From assembly GCF_006345805.1 (NCBI RefSeq), contig NC_043006.1, forward strand, positions 21,762,001 to 21,826,000: a stretch of DNA of 64,000 nt, written 5' to 3'. Of this stretch, positions 26,886-40,900 are shown piece after piece (position 1 is the first letter of the stretch; every line of letters begins with the position of its first letter). This stretch comes from Octopus sinensis (lineage: Eukaryota). Position numbers and translations under genes: made by a program. The notes under the pieces were generated by a model that was given only the letters and a program-made list of their open reading frames with translations, did not search any database and had not been told where the DNA came from.

Positions 26886-28395
26886 ATACAATATTAAGCT
26901 GCCTTCTAAAACTGATAAGTAAGACGTCTTACCATAGGCACCATAAAATGTTTAATAAACTTTACAAAAGAATGCTATAGCTGTTTAAGTAATACCGAGT
27001 CATTTTAACCACAATGAAGTAGCCAGAAATGCTTCGCACTCATAAATGTAATTGCTGAAATGCAAGTAAATGTCTTTCTAGTTATATCTACCAGTTGAAG
27101 GAACTGATGCGCAGAGCCGATGTATCAACTACCATGGCACAGAAAAAAAAAGCATAAATCGGTATCAGTGAAAGTTCGCTCAAGATCAGGTACACCCACA
27201 TTCCCATACGTTCAGGTAGAAGAGCAAATACTATTCCACTCAATTTTCAAAGTACATAACTCTTAGTTGACTGATCGGGGAATAAGGGGAGCATTGCTGA
27301 AAGCGTGAAAGCACAATGCAGGTGCAATGACAAATGCAATCTGTATGTAACCGAAATGCTTAAGATTATTAGCATTGCCAGCTAATATCTTAAATAGGAG
27401 AGAAAAAAGTTCATCTTCTTTGCACGCAATAAAATTGATTTTTTTATCCTAGAAGCATATCCCTCTCTCGGACATATTCCAACAAAACCCCGCTAAATTA
27501 CTGAAACCCAGGAAAAGCAACTGATGCACTTAATATCTGTAATTAAGCACATTCAGTAAATTTCCTTCCAGCTTCTGTATAATTTCATTCCTTGAAGTCC
27601 CTTCAATCTTTTCACACCCTTACACCATTTTCCTTCTTTTGTGTATCAGTGGATCATTTACATGCTTATTTGATAATGCAGATACAGACAAAAGGCCGAT
27701 GAACAGCATAATATAATTATATTTAGCATGCCATTGAATTTAGCATGCCATTTATGTTATACATAAACAAAACAGTTTTCTTCCTCTGCAAGATTTGTTT
27801 ATGTAGTAGTAATCTATATCTATCCTGAAACTCAACTGCGACCCGACGGCTGTATTGCTTGAGACTTACACATTTGACATTTATTCAACAAACAGAATAT
27901 CTGACCTCAGCAGCCTGGCCCGGTGCCTTTCCGCATATGAACCGTAACATGAAATTCTAGAATGACTCTATATACATACATGCACACACACCTTTATCTA
28001 TACATACACACACTCACACGGACAGACATACATGCTCACACACGCATATTGTGTGTGTGTGTATTGTTTGTGTAAATGTGGGTGGCTCCGTGACTAGAGC
28101 GTCGGGCTTCCAATCGGGAGGTGGTGAGTTCGATCCCCGGACCGGGCTGTTCGTCGTGTTCTTGATCAAGATGTTCCAGTTCCCTCAGCTGTAAAGATAA
28201 GCTGCGACGTCACTGGTACCAAGATGTACCAGTCTTTGCCTCTCCCTTGTAGAACATCGGTGGCGTGGGGATGGAAAACATGGGGGAATGTTGGTCTTCC
28301 ACAGTAAACCTTACTCGGACTTGTACTTCGGAGAGGAACTTTCATGGTGCAATCCCATGGTCACTCGTGACCAAAGGTTGGTGTGTCTTTACTTT

Positions 28396-28586
<191 letters not shown>

Positions 28587-29769
28587 TAAAGTTACTTTTC
28601 ATACTCCAGTAGAGCCCCTTCGTGCTTAAGCTATGAATACGCTAGACTACTAGGCTACTGGACTACTGGAGTAAGGATATTTGTATCCGCAACACCGTAA
28701 GACCATTAACTGAATCTACAGGCAACATACGTGACAATTATGATTTATACTTTATAATTTATAATTTATAAACCCTACGCTTGAATTTTTCATTTAAATT
28801 ATTGTACAAGTGGTAATTGATTCAACTCCGCAGCCTCGTTCGTGCATTAATTAGAACTATGTATTACTTAATATTATGGTTTCAATCAAGCATAACCTCT
28901 TATATTCAGATGTTAGGTGCGCTCAACATTCAAACTTCTTACGGCATGCCTACAAATCTTGATTAAGCCATTGCATATATATACGTTAAAAAAACTTACT
29001 GCGTTTAAATTCATCAAAACGACCAATTTAACTCCTTCTGGTGCTCATGCTCGCGTTTATATCATGTGCGTATTTGAACTGGTTGGATGCCACAAGAATT
29101 AAAACTGGTTTAATATTCCTGAAACATAATTACAATCCTACACCGTGTAACTGTATGCATCGTGTAACATTAGTTCCTAACTTTGGCACAAGGTCAACTG
29201 GTATTTATTTTATTGGCGAGCTGGCAGAAACGTTAGCGCGACGGGCGAAATGCTTAGCAGTATTTTGTTTGCCGTTACATTCTGAGTTCAAATTCCGCCG
29301 AGGTCGACTTTGCCTTTCATCCTTTCGGGGTCGATTAAAAAAAGTACCAGTTACGCACTGGGGTCGATGTAATCGACTTAATACCTATGTCTGTCCTTGC
29401 TTGTCCTCTCTGTGTTTAGCCCCTTGTGGGTAGTAAAGAAATAGGTATTTATTTTATTGGCCCCTGAGAGATATGAAAGGCAAAGTCGATCACAGCGGGA
29501 TTTGAACTCAGAACGTAATGACGGGCGAAATAACGTTAAGTATTTTGTTCGCCATGCTAACGATTCTAACACCCCGCCACGTTAGATGCATCATGTAATA
29601 TCAACCAATTTATTCAACATTATACATCATCGTATAACATAATGTTAAATCTTCTAACCCTGTCTGTCCTACCGCTCTGTTATCATTTACACTATTCAAC
29701 CGTCGCCAACGCAAAGTCATCACATCTCGCAACTACATAATCATCTACCATACCTTTTACTATATAGAG

Positions 29770-30110
29770 AATACCAAATGAGTTCCCTATGGATACCGTA
29801 TTTATTACAAGTGGCTTGTAAACGTATCTAACGAGCGAAAGCGAGTTAGATACGTTTACAAGCCACGAGTTGTAATAAATACGGTATCCATAGGGAATGA
29901 GTTTGGTATTTTATTTATTACACACGAATAAACGACCATATTTTATTAACCCAATAACTAAATTCTTCACGTTTAGTTGTAACTTATGAATGACAAAAGT
30001 AGTGCCGTCACCGTGACCTCAGGTCATCACCATGGATTGACCAATCAGAAGCAGCGCTGTCACCGTGACCTCGGGTCATCACCATGGATTGACCAATCAG
30101 AAGCAGCGCT
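29770..30110. repeat. ~140-bp hairpin plus a two-copy 52-bp tandem repeat (unclassified non-autonomous element)
   Basis: Arms 29770-~29831 and ~29845-29910 are near-perfect reverse complements around GAGCGAAAGCGA. The 52-bp unit with GACCAATCAGAA occurs at 30007 and 30059. Confidence 0.75.
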
Positions 30111-30632
30111 CGCAGTATCTGACATATGTTAGATACCAAAAATATCTCAAAGTGTTCTCACTCACATGTGTGTAATAATTTCCCTTATTATACACTTAAG
30201 TTCATTTCACACACAACACGCTTTATATATATTCATATACAAATACATACACACACGCATACACACACACTTACACACGTACGCATGCAAAAACACATAC
30301 ATACACACATAGAAATATACCTCATTTTGTACTATATCCTGTAAGTTACTTCCCTGCCATTAACCTGATTTTTTGTTGAATTTTAGATTTTTTAATTAAT
30401 TATCAAAGCTCTGGCCAGTCAATTTCGTATGTGTGTACTTCAGCCATCTTGCATTTTTATTTCTAACGGTTACTGTTTTATGTATTGTCATGAAAATTAT
30501 CTGAAGACGAGATTATTCGCAGAAACTGGACATCAATGATTGAAGATTCAGTTAAATAAATGAAGCATATGCAATTACTTGAATTCAATACACTTTCTAC
30601 AGTTCGTCATCTCTGTTATACACACACACACG

Positions 30633-30683
<51 letters not shown>

Positions 30684-30719
30684 TATGTATCTATGTATCT
30701 ATGTATTTATGTATGTATG

Positions 30720-30807
<88 letters not shown>

Positions 30808-31074
30808 ATCTATGTATCTATGTATTTATGTATGTATGTATGTATGTATGTATGTGTGTGTGTGCGTGTAAGTGTGTGTGTGCCTATGTGTCTGTATTTG
30901 TCCCCACCCCCATCATCGCTTGACATCTGGTTTTGGTGTGTTTACGACCCCCGTAACTTAGAGGTTCAGCAAATGAACCAATAGAATAAGTACTAGGCTT
31001 ACAAGAAATAGGTCCTGGTGTCGATATGTGCTCCAGCGTGGCCAGAGTAAGTGACTGAAACAAGTAAAATAATA

Positions 31075-31125
<51 letters not shown>

Positions 31126-31676
31126 CATACATATAAGAGGGATGACCACTAAGTTGACATCCATTATGCTAGAGGTAGACCCCATATGGTCTGACCACTA
31201 AGAAAAGATTGTTCTCAAGAAAATTCAGCAAACGCCAGAAAGTAAGCGAGCAAGACGAATGAAAAGATACACAATATAAAGATAAAAATTTACGTATGTA
31301 TATAGATGCCCTTATTATTTAATTTATATATATATATATATGGGTACATTGTACAAGTGTGTGTGCGCGTGTGTGTGCATATATATATATATATATATAT
31401 ACACACGCTTCAAAGAAAAGGATTAAAGGTACTTGCCGCGCCATAGTCTCATAAGATCAGTTTCCCGCAATTTGTAACATATATATTCTCCCACTGGACG
31501 GAGCGCCACTCCATCACAGGAGTGCTCGTTTTTATTGGCTGAGTGGATCGGAGCAGCTTGAAAAGAAGTGTTTGGCCCAGCACAACGTATCGCCCGTCTA
31601 GAAATCGAAATCACAATCTTATGTTGAGTGCAACACCTTAACCACTTAGCTACGCGCCTCCACATACATATTCGTG

Positions 31677-31756
<80 letters not shown>

Positions 31757-31779
31757 GTGTGTGTGTGTGTGTGTGTGTG

Positions 31780-31813
<34 letters not shown>

Positions 31814-32739
31814 ATGTATGTATGTATGTATGTATGTATGTACAGACATGAACACACATATATGTATGTAGGTAAGTAACTATCTGTATATGTGTATGTA
31901 TATGTATGCATGTATGTGTGTATATATATACACACACACATACACACATATAGAGTAAGGGAGAAAGAAAGAGAGAGAAAAAGCGAATTAGGAAGAGATA
32001 CATATCTGTGTACATATATACACATATTTATGCATATATATATATATATTTAGTGAGGGGAATTGGGAATTTGCAGCCTTTGAAACATGTGTAGAAAATA
32101 ATAAAAGGAATTTTGTAGAATCTTCGTTCGGCTCCATTTCTTCCCTTCACTAAATAAATATATAAAACTTCAATTATCCACGCTAAAGCACGAGGGCGAA
32201 ACCCCATGGTCGTAACCTCAACCGTGTCTTTCCTGCTGTGATTTTTGCTACACAGGTATCGGTTAAATTTTGAATAATCCGTAACAAGGTAATTCATTTA
32301 TCCATTTCATATATATATATATATATGCGGGTACAGGTATACAAGTGTGGTGGAGGGTGTACGTGTGCGCGCTCGCCTTGTTGCTACAATTAGTGTAAAA
32401 TTAATAAGAATATCACTTTACATGTATTGAAACCTTTGCAGCAGTCTACATTCCAATATCCACAACCTACTGACAGAATCTATGTCTGCGAACGGTCTCT
32501 GGAGAATTCCTGCAAGATCTGATGCGCCTTGTTTTATTCGAAAAATTCTTACGATCGAAATAATGTAAAAAAATATATATATAAACTTTTTATTCAAAAT
32601 CTAATTGATTCGTCATCAAATTTCTGTTTGATTTCACATATTAAGAATGCTTCAAGCATTACTCACAAATCAATTAATTAAACCATATTTAAATGCGTAG
32701 CAATAATCTTCATAAAATCCCAACTGTGTACAACTCAGC

Positions 32740-32900
32740 TCGTACAATATTCCTAGCATGGATCTCTCCATGGACCTTTGTGTCGTAGTCAATTGATGTT
32801 CTCTCTTCATAGTAGTCTGCGTCTCACGTGCGTATAAGAGAGCATGTAGAATGATACTACTGAAAGGAGTGGCGTGTAAGATCTTTGCCAGCTTTGCTTT
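32740..32900 (-). mobile_element. RTE-like LINE RT C-terminal fragment
   Basis: ILHALLYARET...LTTTQRSMERSMLGI resembles the RTE motif VLPxLxYGxETW...TQRxMERxMLG. Confidence 0.5.
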
Positions 32901-33156
32901 GAACCTATCTTTTATTGATATAAACTCGTCCCGTCCTTTACTCTTTTACTCTTTTACTTGTTTCAGTCATTTGACTGCGGCCATGCTGGAGCACCGCCTT
33001 TAGTCGAGCAAATCGACCCCGGGACTTATTCTTTTGTAAGCCCAGTACTTATTCTATCGGTCTCTTTTGCCGAACCGCTAAGTCACGGGGACGTAAACAC
33101 ACCAGCATCGGTTGTCAAGCAATGCTAGGGGGACAAACACAGACACACAAACATAT

Positions 33157-33189
<33 letters not shown>

Positions 33190-34842
33190 CATATATATGT
33201 AATTTGTATACATATATACGACAGGCTTCTTTCAGTTTCCGTCTACCAAATCCACTCACAAGGCTTTGGTCGGCCCGAGGCTATAGCAGAAGACACTTGC
33301 CCAAGGTGCCACGCAGCGGGACTGAACCCGGAACTATGTGGTTGGTTAGCAAGCTACTTACCACACAGCCACTCCTGCGCCTATATATGTATCTATGTAT
33401 GTATGTATGTGTGTGTGTGTGCGTGTAAGTGTGTGTCTGCCTTTGTGTCTGTATTTGTTCCCCCCCCCCATCATCGCTTGACATCTGGTTTTGGTGTGCT
33501 TACGTCCCCCGTAACTTAGAGGTTCAGCAAATGAACCTGCCCTTATTCTTCTCGAAATTTCAGCCTGCATGTCTCGGCGCATATTCACTGTGTACCCCGT
33601 GTAAACTTACTCATTTACCTCTTCGATTTCGTCATTTCCCACCTTTATTCGAATGGTATATGAGAGATTTAATGCGGCGAGCTGGCAGAATCGTTAGCAC
33701 GCCGGGAGAAATGCTTAGCAGTATTTCGTCTGCCGTTACGTTCTGAGTTCAAATTCCGCTGAGGTCGACTTGGCCTTTCATCCTTTTGGAGTCGATTAAA
33801 TAAGTACCAGTTACGCACTGGGGTCGATATAATCGACTTAATCCGTTTGTCTGTCCTTGTTTGTCCTCTCTGTGTTTAGCCCCTTGTGGGTAGCAAAGAA
33901 ATAGGTATATAAGAGATTGGGTAAAGACCGGTCAGAAGGCTACCACGACGATGGAAAGACGATTTAGTTAAACGATTTCAGCTAAGATTGAACAGAAAGG
34001 TGCAATCAAAAAAGAACCAGAACCTCATTGTGCCCAACGGTCTATAACAACATCCGATAATCTGGTCGATACAGCAATACAATGATATACTTAAGTTAAA
34101 GTTGAATGAATAAAAGTGAAATTACAAGTACAAATAAAAGAGAAAACTGAATAAATAATAATAACATACCAGGCGCATGAGTGGCTGTGTGGTAAGTAGC
34201 TTGCTAACCAACCACATGGTTCCGGGTTCAGTCCCACTGCGTGGCACCTTGGGCAAGTGTCTTCTGCTATAGCCCCGGGCCGACCAATGCCTTGTGAGTG
34301 GATTTGGTAGACGGAAACTGAAAGAAGCCTATCGTATATATGTATATATATATATATATGTGTATGTATGTGTTTGTGTGTCTGTGTTTGTCCCCCTAGC
34401 ATTGCTTGACAGCCGATGCTGGTGTGTTTACGTCCCCGTCACTTAGCGGTTCGGCAAAAGAGACCGATAGAATAAGTACTAGGCTTACAAAGAATAAGGT
34501 GGTGCTCCAGCATGGCCGCAGTCAAATGACTGAAACAAGTAAAAGAGTAAAGAGTATACCAAATAAAGGAAATATGTGTGAGTTACTTCACAGTCCTCTT
34601 CTGAATCAAACAAGTTTTTCTGTAACCATTCACTTCATCTGAGGCTGTCGAAAAGATGATATTCTTTGTGTCCAGAAACTACATCGCAGTTGTCCACTTG
34701 TAATTTGTATATGAAAGCGACTTGGATTGAAAAGTGTATCAAAATAAGCTAGTTTATATCTATCTGATCGAGTTAAATATCGATCTTTGAAACAGTGAGT
34801 ACCTCGAAGACTGCTATAAATTGACATCGAATCTTAGATATA

Positions 34843-35239
34843 TCTTTATACATAAAAGTGAAGTTGTGTGTCTGTCTCCTACGATTTAGATTCCTAACTA
34901 CTCCCACATTTTGCGGTGTAGTTTAACCAAAACCGGGTATCTTATAGTCGTGATTCATATCGAGCCCTTCTGGGTATTAGCGCGCGTCTACGATGAGTCT
35001 ACGATTTTTAAAAAAATTTACTATCATTTTTTTTCCATTTTAATGCATGTTTTCGCTATTATATAAGGGAAGTAAATCTCTAAAAATGTCTACGATGAGT
35101 CAACGATTTAAAAGAAAATTTACCATCATTTTTTTTCCATTTTTAATGCATTTTTTTGCTATTTTTTGGCTATAACTCTAAAAATGCTTATATAGTTATT
35201 TCCCTTACAAACCCGAGCAACGCCGGGCGATACTGCTAG
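34843..35239 (+). mobile_element. Non-autonomous Helitron-type element
   Basis: 5' TC, 3' hairpin CCCGAGCAACGCCGGG then CTAG, inserted between A and T without a TSD; homologous to 53458-53970. Confidence 0.8.
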
Positions 35240-35699
35240 TTATATATGAGACAATAAAAAAACAAGAAGTTATGGTTATATACATCACAACTCAAAGAAC
35301 AGCCCTGCTGAAAGTGCTTAAGAAATGATTATAGACATCCTTCTCTCCCCCTCTCACCTTCTCTCTCCCTTTCACTCTCTCCCTCTCTCACCCTCTCTTC
35401 CCCTCTCTTCCCCTCTCTTCCCCTCTCTCCCCCTTTCACTCTCTCTCTCTCTCTATCGTTTTGTTGAATCTTTAGCAACAGCACATGTATGTTACACCAT
35501 ATTAAATTGACTAGAAAGGCTGTTTTAGTAAGTGGTGGCTAGCAATATCTAAATTTTAAGTACAAGTAGGAGTTTATTTCTTTACAGTAGATATCCGTTA
35601 TAATTACCTCATTATTCCTTAATCTTCAGAACGTCAAAAATTCCCGAAGGTGAATTTCTTTTGAGAATTTGATTAATTATGAATGCGGTTAATTAATTC

Positions 35700-36574
35700 T
35701 TTAGTACGCTACTGCATGGCTATGAGATGTCGAGCCTCTACTCTAGACAGGAGCGTCGTCTCAACGTCTTTCGCCTTCGCAATTTTTAAGACACATCTTG
35801 GACATCATCATCATCATTCATCATTGTTCGACCGTGGTCGAGACAATGGAATTTACCATGCTATGCCAGACTTCACGGTCCATCATAGCATTACGGAGGA
35901 CCTGTTGCTGGATGCCTGTATCCCTGGAGATTACATCAGGGTAGGAGAGTGTGTGCCCTCTGGTGTTGCGAGTAGCTGGCTTCCAGAGGAGAAGAGTAGA
36001 AATTGCCTAGTTTTCAGCTCTACACAAGTGGACCGACCACATCTCCAACACCAAAGTCCTCAACCGCGCCAAGATACCCAGCATACACATCTTACTCTAG
36101 CGTCATCACAAGCCAGACGGAAGGATCCTTACTCATCACAAGCCAGACGGAAGGATCCTAAAAGACCACCTGTATGGGAAATCGGCTACTGGCACAAGAG
36201 CACGAGGACGGCTTCATCTTCGTTTCAAAGATGTCTGTAAGAGAGATATGAAGTCGCTTGATCTGGACGTCCTGAGATGGGAGGAGATTGCAAATGATCG
36301 CCCACACTGGAGAAGAAAAGTACTGCGAAAGGGAATGAAGAGAGCGGTAGAAAAACAGGTACTCGGCATCAAAGGAAAGCGCACTCGAGGGAAGGAAAAA
36401 TCAGGTAGCACCGGCGGAGAACGCCTTCAAATGCACTCGCTGAATGCGTGACTGCCACTCCCGTGTGAGCCTGTACAGCCGCAACAGACGCTGCACCACA
36501 CCACCATCAGCAGCTGACGCGATGTCTTTGGGTGCAGATCTATGGCCTCTCTCGAGACCGACGGATACCTACTA
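35700..36574 (+). mobile_element. RTE-clade LINE 3' fragment with a nested antisense insertion (~35806-36026)
   Basis: LYSRQERRLNVF..HILDI | KWTDHISNTKVL..PDGR..LYG..RFKDVCKRDMK..DRPHWR and 3' end CGAGACCGACGGATACCTACTA. The frame is split by a (CAT)n-tailed insert. Confidence 0.8.
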
Positions 36575-37319
36575 ATTAATTCTTTAACTCTTGTAAGATA
36601 TTCCTTATTTCTTTTCAGAAATATGAAATAGTCATCGAGAACTCTTTTTTTTTTCGGTTACTCTTTAGACAGGTTTTAAAACTCTCATAAAAAAAAATGG
36701 ATATAGACTTTTTTTTCTTCTAAATATTTCATCACTAGCGTTGCAAATGTGGGTGCGACTGTTGAACCCATTATCGTCCATTTTACTTGAAGACAGTATT
36801 GGTTGTCAAAAAGTAGTCTTCTAGTAACAATTGTAATCTTCCTAGTGTGAATTCTTCAGGGAATCTTCCCGGTATTGCATCTAGATATTTATCGATCCAG
36901 AATTCCAGCATCTCCAATTCTATTTCATGCGAATATTAGGATAAAGGCTGGTCACATAAAAATTGAATAAGCTCGTCTCTATAGTTACTCTTTCTTAAAT
37001 GTAATTCAAAAGATCCGTGTCGTCCCTATTGAAATTAGAAAGCAATTTAGATAATGGTTTCATTATTATGTAATTTTAAATCTGACTGTTTGGGAATATT
37101 TAAATATGATGTTGAAAGTCTTAAGTTATCATAGATTTCTTTAGATTTATGAATTTTCGTTTGTTCATAAAAGTTGTTTATTTTTTACTTCACATTTATT
37201 TAGATAATCCAACTTCTTTTCTGTTAAATTGCTTTAAATTTGCTCGTTAATTTTTCACTTCTCTTCAGTGCTTGTTTACTGAAAATTAAAAATAAATAAG
37301 AACAGTAAATGAAATATGT

Positions 37320-37740
37320 ATTGCAAAATGAAAAATCTTATTAATTACATTACGTGTCCCCGATGCAATGATAACTATATCTGTCAAATAGGAGCAAAAT
37401 TAATGGATGAGTCAAGATGCGTAAACAAATAAGAGACATTCAATATAGGGATCAATTAGACATCTGCACGAATGGAGAATTCAAAATATTCCCTTTTTCC
37501 AAATATAAAGGAAAAACATTAGCAATTACGAAAAACAAAAGAATATTTTATGAAAATCTTCAACCCAAAACTACATAAGATGATTAATGCTACAATTACT
37601 GAACGCAATTACTATAACGGTAACAATACGGAAAGCTTTTGTTTCTACCACGTGTCTGAAGAGCCGATGAGGGACTAAAACGCAAACACGAAAATTTTCT
37701 TCATATTTTCATTCTTGTTTTTGTTAATTTGCTTTCAAAA
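37320..37740 (+). mobile_element. PLE GIY-YIG endonuclease C-terminus and pLTR remnant
   Basis: CKMKNLINYITCPRCNDNYICQIG..KQIRDIQYR..FKIFPF..PKL resembles PLE LIYxITC..YIGQT. Decayed CTGAAGA at ~37656. Confidence 0.65.
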
Positions 37741-37964
37741 CTTGTTTATAGATAATTTTCAATTTTTATGGATTTTTTTTCCAAATAAATATGGGTGCAG
37801 ATGTGGCTATGTGGTAAGAAGTTTGCTTCCAAACCATATGGTTCTGGGTTCAGTCCCATTGCGTAACACCATGGGTAAGTCTCTTCTACTATAGCTCCAG
37901 ACCGAGCAAAACTTTCTGAGTGGATTTGGTTGACGGAAACTGAGAGAAGTCTGTCATACATTAT

Positions 37965-38004
<40 letters not shown>

Positions 38005-38386
38005 GTTCATTAAGTTCTATTAAGTTCAGTATGTGGCAAAGTAATTTATTTTATTTTACTAAGCCCTAATTATATAATGTAATATTTTGAATTCGCCTTA
38101 AATGGTCCTTTTACATACTGAACACTTGGTGAAATTGATTAATTAATTTTACCCTCAATTGTTGATATTATAATTCATTTCTCTCTGTCATACTGCCTCG
38201 GTTCTCGCGGTTAAAATATAATGTTTGCTAGATAGACCACGTGGGTGGAAGAGGAGTGAAGGAATCTACACTTGCGCATTTTGAATTTGTTAGCACTGGC
38301 AGTTTGAGCTGGTTCATCTGAGGTGATAAGTTCGCCGAGAGGTAAAATTCTTTCTTTTTAGTGTTTCCAAATCCAAATTAAGAAAT

Positions 38387-38449
38387 TTTGAGCTGACGAA
38401 AGAAATGCTGATTTTATTTGGCTAATCCAGAAACGTTGACGTTCTCAAA
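38387..38449 (+). ncRNA. Type I hammerhead ribozyme, copy 1
   Basis: Stem I UUUGAG/CUCAAA (6 bp), core CUGACGA, imperfect stem II, GAAA, stem III ACG[UUGA]CGU, GUU triplet; predicted cut after 38443. Confidence 0.65.
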
Positions 38450-38949
38450 CGATCTTTGTACATGTGATATTTTTCTGTATTTACCTCCATACCTTCGTGA
38501 GTTATCTTGAGTAAACATTATCTGAGAGAAATTTTCTTTAAGTAGTAGAAATGGCTAAAAAAATTTTTTTGGCTCTATTTCTATTAAGTTCAGTATGTGG
38601 CAAAGTAATTTATTTTATTTTACTAAGCCCTAATTATATAATGTAATATTTTGAATTCGCCTTAAATGGTCCTTTTACATACTGAACACTTGGTGAAATT
38701 GATTAATTAATTTTACCCTCAATTGTTGATATTATAATTCATTTCTCTCTGTCATACTGCCTCGGTTCTCGCGGTAAAATATAATGTTTGCTAGATAGAC
38801 CACGTGGGTGGAAGAGGAGTGAAGGAATCTACACTTGCGCATTTTGAATTTGTTAGCACTGGCAGTTTGAGCTGGTTCATCTGAGGTGATAAGTTCGCCG
38901 AGAGGTAAAATTCTTTCTTTTTAGTGTTTCCAAATCCAAATTAAGAAAT

Positions 38950-39012
38950 TTTGAGCTGACGAAAGAAATGCTGATTTTATTTGGCTAATCCAGAAACGTT
39001 GACGTTCTCAAA
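38950..39012 (+). ncRNA. Type I hammerhead ribozyme, copy 2
   Basis: Identical to copy 1; predicted cut after 39006. Confidence 0.65.
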
Positions 39013-39194
39013 CGATCTTTGTACATGTGATATTTTTCTGTATTTACCTCCATACCTTCGTGAGTTATCTTGAGTAAACATTATCTGAGAGAAATTTTCT
39101 TTAAGTAGTAGAATGGCTAAAAAAATTTTTTTGGCTCTATTCTATTAGTTCAGTATGTGGCAAAGTAATTTATTTTATTTTACTAAGCCCTAAT

Positions 39195-39292
<98 letters not shown>

Positions 39293-39319
39293 ATGTAGTA
39301 TGTATGTATTCTTTTATTC

Positions 39320-39365
<46 letters not shown>

Positions 39366-39992
39366 GTATGTATGTATGTATTCTTTTATTCATTTATATG
39401 CTTCAGCCTTGAGGATTTGGCCATGCTGGGGTATGTATATGTATATATGTATTCATATGTATATGTATATAAGTATTTATCTTTGGGTGTGTATGTGTCT
39501 GTGTTTGTATTTGTCCCCAACGATCGTTTGACAACCAGTGGTGGTTTGTTTACGTCTTCGTAACTGAGCAGTTCGGCAAAATGTTACCGGTAGAATAATA
39601 AGTGATGAATTTCCTAAAACAAGTACTGGGGTCGATTTATTCGACTAAATCCTTCAAGGCGGTGTCCCATGCATAAATACATATATTATCATTATTATTA
39701 TTAGTTCAAAATCTCTCTAAAGGCGACTACGACAACAGTACCGGATATTAATAGTTATCACCAAGCTAACATGGCAGTCCAGAAAAATAGAACGAATGCT
39801 GCCGTGGAATAACTCCAAGAGGCCATCGCCTTCGAACATGTTGTAATGGACACACGTTTGTGTGTCACATAGTTAGCTAGAGGCGATGGCCTCTTGGAGT
39901 TATTCGACGGCAGCATTCGTCCTATTTATCTGGACTGACATGTTAGCTTGGCGTCAACTATTAATACCCAGTACTGTTGCCCTAGTGGCCTT

Positions 39993-40051
<59 letters not shown>

Positions 40052-40057
40052 TATATA

Positions 40058-40096
<39 letters not shown>

Positions 40097-40206
40097 TATA
40101 TATATATAACGGGAAGCTTTATGAAAATAAACAAAAGACGAAGGCAGGTGGAAAACAAACGAACAATTGTATTAGTATGGCGCTCAGGAAATATAAATAA
40201 AACAAG

Positions 40207-40244
40207 TCTTTAACGTTTCGAGCCTACGCTCTTCAACAGAAAGA
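40207..40244 (-). ncRNA. Minimal type I hammerhead motif, variant core CUGUUGA
   Basis: UCUUU-CUGUUGA-A-GAGC[GUAG]GCUC-GAAACGUU/AAAGA: perfect 5-bp stem I, 4-bp stem II, palindromic AACGUU in place of stem III. Confidence 0.55.
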
Positions 40245-40545
40245 TACACAGAGAGAGAAAAACACAGAAAGAAGGAGAGAAAAAAAATGCGTGCAGTAGC
40301 TAACGAATCAACATGGCGATCTGATTTCGGCCAGAGGTCAAGATCAAACATGAGACGCGAGAGCGAAATAAGGGGAGATAATAGGGTTGATAAACGGTTG
40401 AGGGACCAGCTAAAAGTGCGTGGGAGGGGTCTGGATGTGTGTATGTATAGGGTTGGTGTATGTATTAGTATGTATAAGGGTGTGTGTGTGTGTGTGTGTG
40501 TGTGTATGAGAGAGTATTAGTGCGTAAGATTGGTCTGGACGTGCG

Positions 40546-40599
<54 letters not shown>

Positions 40600-40600
<1 letters not shown>

Positions 40601-40900
40601 GGAGATTTGAATTAGAACTATTCACCAAGCTTAACCTTGGTGGAATGAAAATTAACTAAGAACACTAATAACCAGTTATAAAAGAAAAAAAACTGAGATC
40701 AAATAATAAGAGTAATTACAGACAGGTAAATACTTAGAAATCAATACACTACTCAGAGTACAACACATAAATGAAAGAAAATATTAAGAAAAAATATCAT
40801 AGAAAATTATATCAATTGTTAAAATTGAGTTAGATGCAAAAGATAAGGGAATCGACATTAACCCTCTAGCTTTCTGTAGTATGTTAGTTATAATATTCTC
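40600..40900 (+). mobile_element. Degenerate R4/Dong-like RT fragment
   Basis: KYLEI..MKENIKKKYHRK..ELDAKDK..INPLA, with frameshifts, resembles the R4 motif YKYLG..IKKEY.RR..SELNAKNK.AIN.LA. Confidence 0.45.

Larger units (their letters stand above)
38017..39202 (+). repeat. Tandem ~563-bp non-coding unit (2 full copies plus ~60 bp) carrying a hammerhead ribozyme in each full copy
   Basis: Unit starts at 38017, 38581 and 39142. Copies differ mainly in homopolymer lengths. Flanked by (TA)n on both sides. Confidence 0.9.
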
